Assembly (NCBI GenBank): GCA_964504535.1
Contig: CAZDED010000007.1
Coordinates: 12,353 to 76,352 of the forward strand
Length of the DNA: 64,000 bases
Direction of reading: 5' to 3'
Source: an uncultured Gammaproteobacteria bacterium
GTDB lineage: Bacteria > Patescibacteriota > Microgenomatia > Levybacterales > GWA1-39-11
Numbering within the stretch: the first letter of the stretch is position 1; each line of letters begins with the position of its first letter. Below are positions 1 to 8,390 of the stretch, piece by piece. The notes under the pieces are model-generated. The model did not search any database, was not told the origin of the DNA, and was given only the letters and a program-made list of their open reading frames with translations. A program made the position numbers and the translations under genes.

Positions 1-188
1 CCGGATACCAAAAAGATATCAGGTAAGCCATTCAAAATGACTGATTTTTATTACACACAAGTTATAAAAGTACGTTCCTTTCTCATAACAAAACGTGCTT
101 ATGTTTTGCCCTGATAAGAAACTAGAGGAAATTATATCACTAACTGAGGATAAATCAAATATTATGGGATGCATAAGATGAATTTTTA

Positions 189-391
189 AGCCAATGGTGG
201 GACTCGAACCCACGACTTGCTCTTTAAATTTTGTGAGCCGCTTCCGAGATTCGAACTCGGGACTTACTCTTTACGAAAGAGTTACTCTACCAACTGAGTT
301 AAAACGGCTCACAAAATTCAAGCTTTGCTTACGAAAGAGTACTCTACTTCATCCCGCCTCTTGCAGGCGGGACAAGCTGAGCCACATCGGC
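189..391 (-). tRNA. Interrupted or degenerate tRNA-Thr(CGT)-like gene (outer copy) with two insertions
   Basis: Acceptor GCCGATG/CATTGGC, D stem GCTC/GAGT, ACTCT-TT-CGT-AA, then a ~103-nt insert (226-328, containing the inner tRNA), then AGAGC and T arm GTGGG-TTCGAGT-CCCAC. An 8-bp hairpin TCCCGCCT/AGGCGGGA (352-372) sits in the D loop. Confidence 0.65.
236..308 (-). tRNA. tRNA-Thr(CGT), intact, nested inside a second tRNA-like gene
   Basis: Minus strand folds as a full cloverleaf: acceptor GCCGTTT/AAGCGGC, D stem ACTC/GAGT, anticodon stem ACTCT/AGAGT with loop TT-CGT-AA, T arm CCGAG-TTCGAAT-CTCGG; no encoded CCA. Confidence 0.85.
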
Positions 392-943
392 CTACTTTCA
401 TCTTCCATGCAATTTCGAACGTTTCACAAGTTCAAAAAAACTCAAAAGATCCCTTATTTTTCACGGATAAACACTCTAATTGGATTATTATATCGTAAAT
501 TTACCCATTCTGGGCTATATGTATCTGAGACGCTATCATAAGTAGATCAAAGAATATCATTTGAGCTTTACGAAAAGAAGGAAAAATGAATAAATTCTGC
601 TCCCAAGTGAATGGAAAATAGCGATTCCCCGAAACATTAAGCGGGTTAGACTCAGTTACAACCCGAGAGCTGCAACAATTCGCCCTGTTTGTTCCAAATA
701 AATGGAGCATACCCTGTTTCGAAACTTGTAGAGGAAAACATTACCATTTTCCAATCTACTCAAGAGCATATAAAGTATATCGCTCGATCTTTTCTTGTCA
801 ATATATGAGAATTAGATATTTAAAATATAGTATGTTGTATATAGTATTAAGTATATTGCATGGCTATTAAGTGTATATAAACAGTACTCAAACTAACAAT
901 TTTCCTGCTATATACTATATACGATATACCATATACTAAATTT

Positions 944-1735
944 ATGGAACTCTACCAGGTGATTATTCTCTCAATTGTCGAAGGACTAACCGAATTTCTC
1001 CCAATCTCTTCAACTGCACATCTGATACTTACATCCCACATGCTTTCAATACCAATGTCTGAATTTCTATCAACATTTGAAATTGCTATACAAATTGGAG
1101 CTATAGCCGCAGTTGCCGTCGTCTACTACAGAAAAATCCTTGAGAGCAAAGCTTTGTTTTATAAAGCGTGTATCGGATTTATACCTACTGGGATTTTAGG
1201 ACTCCTATTTTTTAAACACATCAAATTACTGCTTAATAGTTCATTCGTACCTGTTGCTGCTCTCTTTATTGGTGGAATTGTAATTATTGCAATTGAGATA
1301 TACTTTAAGTCAGTAGCCAAAAGTCACAAGACAGAAGACAATAGATTGAAAACATTGGATAAATTGAGCTATAAAGATGCGTTACTGGTAGGATTGATAC
1401 AGTCTATATCAATGATTCCTGGCGTCAGTCGCTCTGCTGCATCAATTTTTGGAGGTATGGCTTTGAAATTTGACCGCGAGGCTGCTGTTGAATTTTCATT
1501 CCTGCTTGCCATACCAACCATGGCAGCTGCAACTGGACTTGATATAGTCAAATCTGCTCAGGCTTTTACTTCAACTCAGGTCTTTGACCTTATTTTGGGG
1601 ATAGTTGTCTCTTTCTTTGTTGCACTACTTGTCATAAAGTGGTTACTTAAATACGTTCAAAAAAATAACTTTATTGGATTTGGAATTTATAGAATAGTAC
1701 TTTCAATAGCTTACTACCTCATTTTTGTAAAATAG
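944..1735 (+). CDS. uppP: Undecaprenyl-diphosphate phosphatase (BacA/UppP)
   Basis: Motifs VEGLTEFLPISSTAH and PGVSRS, EFSFLLAIP; multi-TM, 263 aa. Confidence 0.95.
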   Translation: MELYQVIILSIVEGLTEFLPISSTAHLILTSHMLSIPMSEFLSTFEIAIQIGAIAAVAVVYYRKILESKALFYKACIGFIPTGILGLLFFKHIKLLLNSSFVPVAALFIGGIVIIAIEIYFKSVAKSHKTEDNRLKTLDKLSYKDALLVGLIQSISMIPGVSRSAASIFGGMALKFDREAAVEFSFLLAIPTMAAATGLDIVKSAQAFTSTQVFDLILGIVVSFFVALLVIKWLLKYVQKNNFIGFGIYRIVLSIAYYLIFVK

Positions 1736-1740
1736 AATGA

Positions 1741-1763
1741 GGGCCCGCCATAAAGACGGGCCC
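1741..1763. terminator. GC-rich hairpin between convergent genes
   Basis: GGGCCCG...CGGGCCC inverted repeat just after the uppP stop and the island gene stop. Confidence 0.5.
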
Positions 1764-1786
1764 AAGGATCAGAACGTGCGATCTGA

Positions 1787-2323
1787 TTAGGAGGCCTCGG
1801 GGAGGCGTCCTCCCCATGCTCGCAGCTGCACGACACGCGCCTCGGATATCTCCAATTGGGAGGCCAACCTGACCTCCTGGATGACCTGGCGCGCCAATAG
1901 GTAAACTGCGTACTCGTCCCTGACTTCGTTGAGGCCAGAGCCGCCGAAGGGGACACCCTCGAGGTACACTCCCCCGTACCACGCGATCCGCCCCGCTCTG
2001 AGGCAAGAAGGCCTATTGGCCCACACCCTGGAAAGGGTTTCCTTGTGGTAGAGAGCTTCGAGCGCCTTCAGGCGCACGCTCTCGATGTACCGAGTGAGTT
2101 CATCGGACTCGCCGACGTAGTCCTCCCAGGGGAGGACTGATGACCATGTCGGATCATGCATGATGCCGGCCTCGACTTACTCATAGGTGAGCGTCGGGTT
2201 GAGGACGGCAAACGCAAGCGCTTCCTTGTTGTCCTGCTTGAGAATAGCCTCGAAGGACTCCCTCAAGGTGTCAAAGACCCGATCGCAGAGCTCGCGGGTC
2301 AAGAAGAATAACTGGCTAGGCAT
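1787..2323 (-). pseudogene. GC-rich orphan gene, weakly GlcG/HbpS-like, split by one in-frame TAA at 2177-2179
   Basis: SD AGAAAGGAG before the ATG at 2323. Track ORFs 2177..2404 and 1787..2161 are in the same frame (…TLTYE*VEAGIMHDP…). C-terminal GGV..EG..GGSG...DE pattern resembles the GlcG/HbpS fold (inference). Confidence 0.55.
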
Positions 2324-2663
2324 GAACCTGCTCCTTTCTGGTGCCGCCTTAGATTGTGACGATTTTCGGTGCCAAACCGCGGCCTTGCTTTGAGATCCGA
2401 TCATCGGGTCCCGAATGAAACACTCGCTACCCGAATTAAGGTCTCTGAGACCAAGCGCTGCTTCTTTTTTATACGGAAAAATGAACTTGTGAGTTTTGAA
2501 GTAAAGAAAGATACTAAACGAAGTGAAACTAATTTACATTCCTTTTTTGCTGAATTCCCAGCAAATATACTTGCTTCGCGCGTTCCTACGGATAATACGG
2601 CTTCTTTCTTAGTGTGCATCGCACACAAAAAGGATTCAAATTAAAATTCTGAGGTATAAAAAA

Positions 2664-2873
2664 CTACATTCCCTTTTGTTGTATACCGAGGAGATATAGA
2701 ACAGCTTCCTTTTTATAACGGCGGTCTCCTCGTGAATTTATTCTAATTGCGGGTAATTTGCCTCTCTTACCCCATCTTTTGATGGTAAGTGGACTAACAC
2801 GAAGGAGTTCTGCTACTTCTCTTACTGTAAGTAGATCTGGAAGATTCTCAATTGATATATTTTGATTAGCCAT
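2664..2873 (-). CDS. Small MerR-like/excisionase-type HTH DNA-binding protein (HTH_17, BldC-like)
   Basis: LLTVREVAELLRVSPLTIKRWGKRGKLPAIRINSRGDRRY; start taken at MANQN (2873); TTGACA-17-TACTCT promoter upstream. Confidence 0.85.
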   Translation of the reverse strand: MANQNISIENLPDLLTVREVAELLRVSPLTIKRWGKRGKLPAIRINSRGDRRYKKEAVLYLLGIQQKGM

Positions 2874-2981
2874 TTTCTGCCCTATATTGATGCTTTCACT
2901 ATCAAATCTATATTCAGAGTACCAAAGCCTATCACACCTTGTCAATAGGGTAATTGGAGGAAAAAATATATTGAGGTAAAA

Positions 2982-3148
2982 TTTGCATTTCAAGGAATGC
3001 GCGTATAAATTTTGCGGATGAAGTGAAGACGGGGGATTCCTCGCAAACTTGTCGAGGGGGGGGTGGAATCACGCACTTCACGAAGTAGCAAAATTAGCGA
3101 CCCTTGACATGCAAAGAGTCTTTGGTTCTTTCGTCGGCACGAAAGAAC
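2982..3148. repeat. ~165-bp structured dispersed repeat, copy 1
   Basis: Aligns with 44866-45030; closing stem TTGCATTTCAAGG/CCTTGACATGCAA plus a separate hairpin (3125-3148) abutting the glycosyltransferase stop codon. Confidence 0.85.
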
Positions 3149-3859
3149 TTAAAAAAACTTTTCTTTCAAAACCTTCCCGACAAAAATAGGAAGTGCCATT
3201 TGGCGCCTTGCCCTCCACGGTTGACGGATAAGTCTAAATGCCCATTCCATTCCCATGTCTCGAACTACTTTAGGAGCCCTTGGAACTTTTCCGGAAATAT
3301 AATCAAATGCCCCTCCTACTCCCATGGCTACAGTTACTTTTATATTGGGCAGGTTTTTTGCGATCCATCTTTCTTGTTTTGGAAATCCATATGCCACAAA
3401 AAGTATATCGATATGTGGCACAAAACCAATAGGAAAGTCTTCTGCAGCCAGTACAATTCTAAGACCAGGATACCTTTTTATTAAGCACTCGGCTGTTCTT
3501 TCTGCTACCATATCCCTACCACCTAATAATCCTATGGATAAGCCCTGCTTTGATGCTTCACTACAGAGTTCAAGCATCAAATCTACCCCTGTTATGCGTG
3601 CCTTTACGTCCTTTTTTAAGAATTTGCCAGCCATAAGCACACCTATTCCATCGGGGATACTTACCTCTGCCTTGTTGAGAATGTATTGATACTCTTTTGA
3701 GGCTGAAGCAAAAGTGATTATTTCGGGGTTTGGTGTTACAATATAGAACTTTTTATCCCTATTTTCGAGGGATTTTAGTATATACTCTAAGATCTGACTT
3801 TTAGATGCTGTTGTAACTGACGTTCCTAATATTTTTATGGAAGGCAATTCTATATTCAT
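3149..3859 (-). CDS. WecB/TagA/CpsF family glycosyltransferase
   Basis: IVTPNPE, IPDGIGV, RITGVDL, VAYGFPKQERWI, GVGGAFD, RAP, EWAFRLIRQPWR motifs. Confidence 0.93.
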   Translation of the reverse strand: MNIELPSIKILGTSVTTASKSQILEYILKSLENRDKKFYIVTPNPEIITFASASKEYQYILNKAEVSIPDGIGVLMAGKFLKKDVKARITGVDLMLELCSEASKQGLSIGLLGGRDMVAERTAECLIKRYPGLRIVLAAEDFPIGFVPHIDILFVAYGFPKQERWIAKNLPNIKVTVAMGVGGAFDYISGKVPRAPKVVRDMGMEWAFRLIRQPWRARRQMALPIFVGKVLKEKFF

Positions 3860-3874
3860 ACTATATATAAATAT

Positions 3875-4146
3875 TGTTAACGTGTTAACGTGTTAAAAAG
3901 TTATCTTTGTTCATATTTTATACCCTAGTTTTTTCTCTATTTTTAAGTTCAATAGTTATTAATTATGCGAAATAATTTTCATTTTTAAAACTTGCTGCCG
4001 TACTCTACTATATGATAGTCATGTGTATCATCAGAACTAATTTTTGTGAAAACATTTCCACTCATTGGTATGTTTCACAATACTATAGTATTAATTTGTA
4101 AAAAAGTTAACGTGTTAAAAAGTTTCTGATTCTTTAACCCGTTAAC
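3875..4146. repeat. TGTTAACG tandem repeats and 19-bp direct repeat GTTAACGTGTTAAAAAGTT (3884-3902, 4106-4124)
   Basis: Exact 19-bp match about 222 bp apart in an AT-rich intergenic region; 8-bp period at 3875-3898. Confidence 0.7.
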
Positions 4147-4157
4147 TCGGAACTAAT

Positions 4158-4320
4158 CTAGTATTCATTTCTGTTTATAGATTTTTTAGCGCAGCCAAGA
4201 AAAGTATCTCATATCAGTATTCATTGCGGTTGATGCTTTTCTTAGCGGAAGCAAAGATTGTCTTTGCGAGAGCCAAGATGTCTTCCTTTCTTAATATTCA
4301 TTCCTATTAATAGACTTCTT
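4158..4320 (-). repeat. Three synonymous copies of the mreB 3' end (KKSINRNEY-stop)
   Basis: 4291-4320 AAGAAGTCTATTAATAGGAATGAATATTAA; 4214-4243 AAGAAAAGCATCAACCGCAATGAATACTGA; 4158-4187 AAAAAATCTATAAACAGAAATGAATACTAG. Confidence 0.9.
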
Positions 4321-5310
4321 GTATAGTTCCAAATTCTCTAAAGCAACTCCGGTTCCCCTTACTACACAGTATAAAGGATCCTCGGCAATGTATGCAGGAA
4401 CTCCTGTTTCACGAGTAATATATTTATCAAGATTTCGAAGAAGTGTTGTTCCCCCCGAAAGGACTATTCCTTTGTCGATGATGTCAGATGCCAATTCCGG
4501 TGGTGTCATTTCAAAAGTTTCGCGGATCGCACCAACCATTGCTTTTATGACCGGTTGGATAGCTTCGTTTACTTCGAATTCCGTTACCTCGGTAGAACGA
4601 GGTAACCCTGTGACACTATCTCTACCCTTGACTTCCATCTTTTTTGTCGAAGTTGAAGCTGGGATAGCGTTTGCCATAGTAACCTTTATTTCTTCAGCAG
4701 TCTGCTCTCCTACCATCAGATTGAATTTGCGTTTTATGTATGCTCCAATCGACTCTTCAAGCTTATCTCCAGCAACTCGAATTGATTTATGAACCACAAT
4801 TCCTCCCAAAGAAATGACTGCAACATCTGTTGTTCCTCCACCGGCATCAAGGATCATGTGTCCATTTGGCTGTGCTATTGGAATTTTGGCTCCAATTGCG
4901 GCGGCCAATGGCTCTTCTATGAGGTAGACTGAACGTGCTCCAGCGGCCATTGTTGCATCAAGCACTGCTCTTTTTTCGACCTGGGTGATGCCTGATGGGA
5001 TACACACCATAACCTCAGGCTTTATAAATCTACTTTTTCCCGTAACTTTCTCTATAAAGTATGCAAGCATAGCCTCAGTTATGACGTAATCTGCTATGAC
5101 TCCGTCTTTCAGTGGCCTCGTTGCAACAATATTACCGGGAGTTCTACCCAACATCTCTTTTGCTTCACTACCTACTGCAACGACTTTATTATCATCTGCT
5201 CTGACAGCAACGACTGTTGGTTCATTGAGCACTATTCCCCGACCCGCAACATACACGAGAGTATTTGCGGTACCAAGATCTATTCCAATACGTTTGTTAA
5301 ATATGTTCAT
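4291..5310 (-). CDS. mreB: Rod shape-determining protein MreB
   Basis: IGIDLGTANT, RPLKDGVIAD, EEPLAAAIGA, DAGGGTTD, GIVLSGG actin-like motifs. Confidence 0.97.
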   Translation of the reverse strand: MNIFNKRIGIDLGTANTLVYVAGRGIVLNEPTVVAVRADDNKVVAVGSEAKEMLGRTPGNIVATRPLKDGVIADYVITEAMLAYFIEKVTGKSRFIKPEVMVCIPSGITQVEKRAVLDATMAAGARSVYLIEEPLAAAIGAKIPIAQPNGHMILDAGGGTTDVAVISLGGIVVHKSIRVAGDKLEESIGAYIKRKFNLMVGEQTAEEIKVTMANAIPASTSTKKMEVKGRDSVTGLPRSTEVTEFEVNEAIQPVIKAMVGAIRETFEMTPPELASDIIDKGIVLSGGTTLLRNLDKYITRETGVPAYIAEDPLYCVVRGTGVALENLELYKKSINRNEY

Positions 5311-5314
5311 AATC

Positions 5315-5345
5315 TAGTTTTTAGTTATTAGGAAAAGGAATAGTT
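5315..5345 (+). repeat. 31-bp heptamer-period motif, left arm of an inverted pair around the four-helix-bundle gene
   Basis: TAGTTTTTAGTTATTAGGAAAAGGAATAGTT; 26/31 match to the reverse complement of 5724-5754. Confidence 0.85.
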
Positions 5346-5700
5346 ACTGTTTATTTGAGCTCATTCGATTTAACATTTTACAAATCTCAGTTAATATTTT
5401 CTCAATACCAATATAGTCTACTTCTTCACCATAATTCAATCTTTTTGCTAACAACAATTGTGTTTCTAATTCAAGTGCTGACCCATAAGCTATCTTGTAA
5501 AAATGCTTATAGTCTTTTTCTGACTGTCTTCCAAACCCTTCTGCTATATTTGAAGGAATACTTATAGCAGCTCTTTTTAATTGAGATATGAGTCCAAATT
5601 GCTCATCTTTTGGGAATTGTTTTGTAAGGATATATACAAGTTCTACCAACTCAATTCCTTTCTGCCAAACAATTAATTCTTTATACGAAGTTATCTTCAT
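5344..5700 (-). CDS. Four helix bundle protein (23S rRNA-IVP / TIGR02436-like)
   Basis: SYKELIVWQKG, FPKDEQFGLISQLKRAAISIPSNIAEG, IAYGSALELETQL. Confidence 0.95.
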   Translation of the reverse strand: MKITSYKELIVWQKGIELVELVYILTKQFPKDEQFGLISQLKRAAISIPSNIAEGFGRQSEKDYKHFYKIAYGSALELETQLLLAKRLNYGEEVDYIGIEKILTEICKMLNRMSSNKQ

Positions 5701-5723
5701 ATCTAACTTGTCCTACTTCAAAC

Positions 5724-5754
5724 AACTATTCCTATTCCTGACAACTGATAACTA
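5724..5754 (-). repeat. 31-bp heptamer-period motif, right arm
   Basis: Minus strand TAGTTATCAGTTGTCAGGAATAGGAATAGTT. Confidence 0.85.
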
Positions 5755-5875
5755 TATCGCAAGATATTACTACTGCATCATTTCTGGCTGCTATATTTAC
5801 TATATCATCTTAACTAAATTAAATCGATAGGTGCATGTTGCGCTCAAGCTAAAAAGTGTATACTATTGGTAATAC

Positions 5876-7078
5876 ATGCCTAAAAAAACCCTTTTAACAA
5901 CTGTCGTGGTTCTTCTTCTTGTAAGCGTCATTGCGTACGCCTTTATACTCTATGGAAAGGGATACCGTCTCAATTTTTCAGGCAAGGGAAATAAGATTTT
6001 GGCAGGAACCGGTCTTCTTGTTCTGACAAGTACCCCGAATGGTGCACGCGCATACATTAATGACAATTTAACAACGGCAACAGATGACACCATCAACCTT
6101 CCTCCCGGAGAATACGATGTAAAAATTGAGAAAGACGGATACTACCCATGGAAAAAACATATTGTTCTTAAAAATGAAGCTGTAACTAAAACAGATGCGG
6201 TTCTTTTCCCCGTAGCACCAAAGCTTGAAGGAGCAACCGTTCTTGGAGCTGAAAATCCAGTCGTTGATCCGACCGGAGGCCTGATAGCATATGAGGTTTC
6301 CTCCTCCTCTGCTGAGAATAATGGGCTATATATTCTAAATTTAGGCAAAGGGTCGATTCTCCCGTTTGGAAGTTCTCCCCGCCTTATCGCTTCAGATAAA
6401 TTCGATAACTTCTCAAAAGCGAGAATTGAATTCTCACCCGATGGACAACAGCTGTTAGCATCAATCTCTACTCCCTCACAGGACAGGATTTATCTTCTTA
6501 AAACCGATACGTTAAATGTAGAGCCTCAAAATGTTACGTTTACCGTTGAGCAGGTCAGAAAACAGTGGTCTGCCCTCAAAATTCAGCTGGATCAAAAATT
6601 TGCCCTTGCTCTTCCATCTGCCTCTCGCAAATTTATACTGGAAAACTTTGAAAAGGTTCAACTTTCAGCTGAGGGGGACAAACTGCTCTACATTGCTTCT
6701 CAGAGTGCAACGATGCCTCATTTCATAAAACCATCACTCCCATCAACCAACTCAACTCCCGAAACCAGAAATATAGTAAAAGGAGCGGCTTATGTATACC
6801 AGATAAAAGAAGACAAGAATTACCTTCTCTACCAACCTACTGATGGGGAAGTATTACCTAATTTTATCTGGCATCCATCCTCTTCACACGTAGTATTCAT
6901 ACAGAACAAAAGAATATTTGCGATGGAATATGATGGGGGAAATAAGACTACTTTATACGCTGGACCATTTGATCCTACTTTTCTATATGCATGGCCTGAT
7001 GGATCAGGACTTATTATTCTTACTAATTTCAATGATGAAACAGTCCCAGCTAACCTCTACCGCATTGGCCTGAGGTAA
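5876..7078 (+). CDS. PEGA-domain membrane-anchored protein with TolB-like propeller region
   Basis: N-terminal TM; GLLVLTSTPNGARAYIN…LPPGEYDVKIEKDGY (PEGA); FSPDGQ, WHPSS and WPDGS propeller-type turns. Confidence 0.8.
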   Translation: MPKKTLLTTVVVLLLVSVIAYAFILYGKGYRLNFSGKGNKILAGTGLLVLTSTPNGARAYINDNLTTATDDTINLPPGEYDVKIEKDGYYPWKKHIVLKNEAVTKTDAVLFPVAPKLEGATVLGAENPVVDPTGGLIAYEVSSSSAENNGLYILNLGKGSILPFGSSPRLIASDKFDNFSKARIEFSPDGQQLLASISTPSQDRIYLLKTDTLNVEPQNVTFTVEQVRKQWSALKIQLDQKFALALPSASRKFILENFEKVQLSAEGDKLLYIASQSATMPHFIKPSLPSTNSTPETRNIVKGAAYVYQIKEDKNYLLYQPTDGEVLPNFIWHPSSSHVVFIQNKRIFAMEYDGGNKTTLYAGPFDPTFLYAWPDGSGLIILTNFNDETVPANLYRIGLR

Positions 7079-7087
7079 GTGGACTAA

Positions 7088-7113
7088 GGGGCGCAAAGCA
7101 AGCTTCACGCCCC
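7088..7113. terminator. GC-rich hairpin between convergent genes
   Basis: GGGGCG…CGCCCC stem. Confidence 0.5.
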
Positions 7114-7120
7114 GGTCAGG

Positions 7121-7579
7121 TCAGTTCTCTCGGGATTCCTCCGTTGGATGTTTCCATCGCCCATTTACCCATTCGCTGGGATCGACTCTCACCTTGGGGT
7201 GATAATCCTCATCCAGAAAACGTTGGCGTGCGATTTGAAACTGCCGCCTTTCGTCGTTCTGCCTTTCGGCATACAGACGGCAGATACGGTGGGTAACTCC
7301 CATGCATATCAGCGAAGCTGTGAAGCTTGCGATAAATATCACGGAATACCACCCGGACTCCTGGCTGGTGATCAACCCGCCCACTATGGCTGCGGCCGTG
7401 GGCCCGCCAAAGAAGACGCATACCTGAAGGATTTGGTATTTCCACTGCATCCTTCTGCCAGGTGTACGGTAGCCCATTGCCCCCGACAGCATGCAAAGCA
7501 AGCCGATCAGGATTATGGTGCTAGCCGCCAACTGGAATTCCGGCGTGCTGTAGAAGAGCGCGCTTTGATCCTCAGTCAC
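7121..7579 (-). CDS. Hypothetical membrane protein (about 3 TM), GC-rich island
   Basis: GTG start after AAAGGA; three hydrophobic segments. Confidence 0.65.
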   Translation of the reverse strand: MTEDQSALFYSTPEFQLAASTIILIGLLCMLSGAMGYRTPGRRMQWKYQILQVCVFFGGPTAAAIVGGLITSQESGWYSVIFIASFTASLICMGVTHRICRLYAERQNDERRQFQIARQRFLDEDYHPKVRVDPSEWVNGRWKHPTEESREN

Positions 7580-7582
7580 GTA

Positions 7583-8095
7583 CTAATCCGTTCCTTTTGT
7601 TGTGAGGAAACCCTCACTTGTATGCGGAAGTGTGCCGACGTAGATGACAATCCGCCCCCGGTAGTCGACGTACTGATCTATCTGTTTCTTGGCAGCTTCC
7701 GCTGCCACGAATTTGACGCTGTACGTCGTCTTGAGTTGGTTCTCATCCGAGGATGCTTGCGCATCCTTATTGTGGGCTTGGTAGACAACCTCCTTGGCTA
7801 CCTCGAACATCGTGTCGAGGAGCTGAGGATCCGGGCTGAAGCCCGGTGCTACGCAGGTCTCAAAGACCAAGCCACGGATAGTAACAACGGTACCATCCTC
7901 TCCCTGAACCGTGATGGTCTCAGAGAGTGGTTTTGTGACGGCTTTTGCGTTGACGCAATCGGCAGGAGCTGCTCCTACCGCAATTGCGGTGTTGGTGTTC
8001 TCCTCTTGGTTGGCCAGAGCCATTAGGGCGATGCCCGTTGTGGCAAGCACTGCCAAGAAAAGGACTGTGATGAAGGTGCGGGGTCCAAATGACAT
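7583..8095 (-). CDS. Hypothetical secreted or membrane-anchored protein, GC-rich island
   Basis: GGAGG SD before the ATG at 8095; N-terminal hydrophobic segment. Confidence 0.65.
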   Translation of the reverse strand: MSFGPRTFITVLFLAVLATTGIALMALANQEENTNTAIAVGAAPADCVNAKAVTKPLSETITVQGEDGTVVTIRGLVFETCVAPGFSPDPQLLDTMFEVAKEVVYQAHNKDAQASSDENQLKTTYSVKFVAAEAAKKQIDQYVDYRGRIVIYVGTLPHTSEGFLTTKGTD

Positions 8096-8390
8096 GATGG
8101 TTCCTCCCATAGAACCGCTAGGCAAAGCTTTGGGCTCTGCGATTTGTTAACTGACCTGTTGTTAATGTACAGACGCAGGACGCGTCTCTGATATGCAATA
8201 ACAATCAGGCCGCGCAATGCGCCAAGACATATATTATACCAAAAAAAACAACCAACATCAAAAACTATGGGACTAAATTCTTTACATTTAAGTCACAGAA
8301 TAATTTTTTGAAGCAAAATTTTCACAGGATATTATTAGCTTCAAATTAGTCTCACTTGATACTTATTTCCAAATACTTGATACTAAAGGT

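Noticed and set aside
19-710. ORFs 19..213, 194..541 and 501..710
   Set aside because: They overlap the tRNA locus or lack recognisable motifs or starts; no support as genes.
4158-4320. Mini CRISPR array (three 30-bp repeats)
   Set aside because: Repeats differ at silent codon positions, spacers are unequal (26 and 47 bp), one copy is the mreB coding end, and no cas genes are present.
5344-5700. Diversity-generating retroelement (Avd-like gene)
   Set aside because: No reverse transcriptase and no TR/VR pair differing at adenines seen in the window.
7577-7585. Readthrough fusion of 7583..8095 and 7121..7579 (same frame)
   Set aside because: The downstream GTG has its own SD (AAAGGA), so two coupled genes is the simpler reading.
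7148-8026. Long antisense ORFs (7148..8026 +, 9730..10479 -, 48918..50000 -, 15240..15644 +)
   Set aside because: Shadows of GC-rich or Thr/Ser/Gly-rich genes on the other strand, which have SD sites, signal peptides or paralogues.
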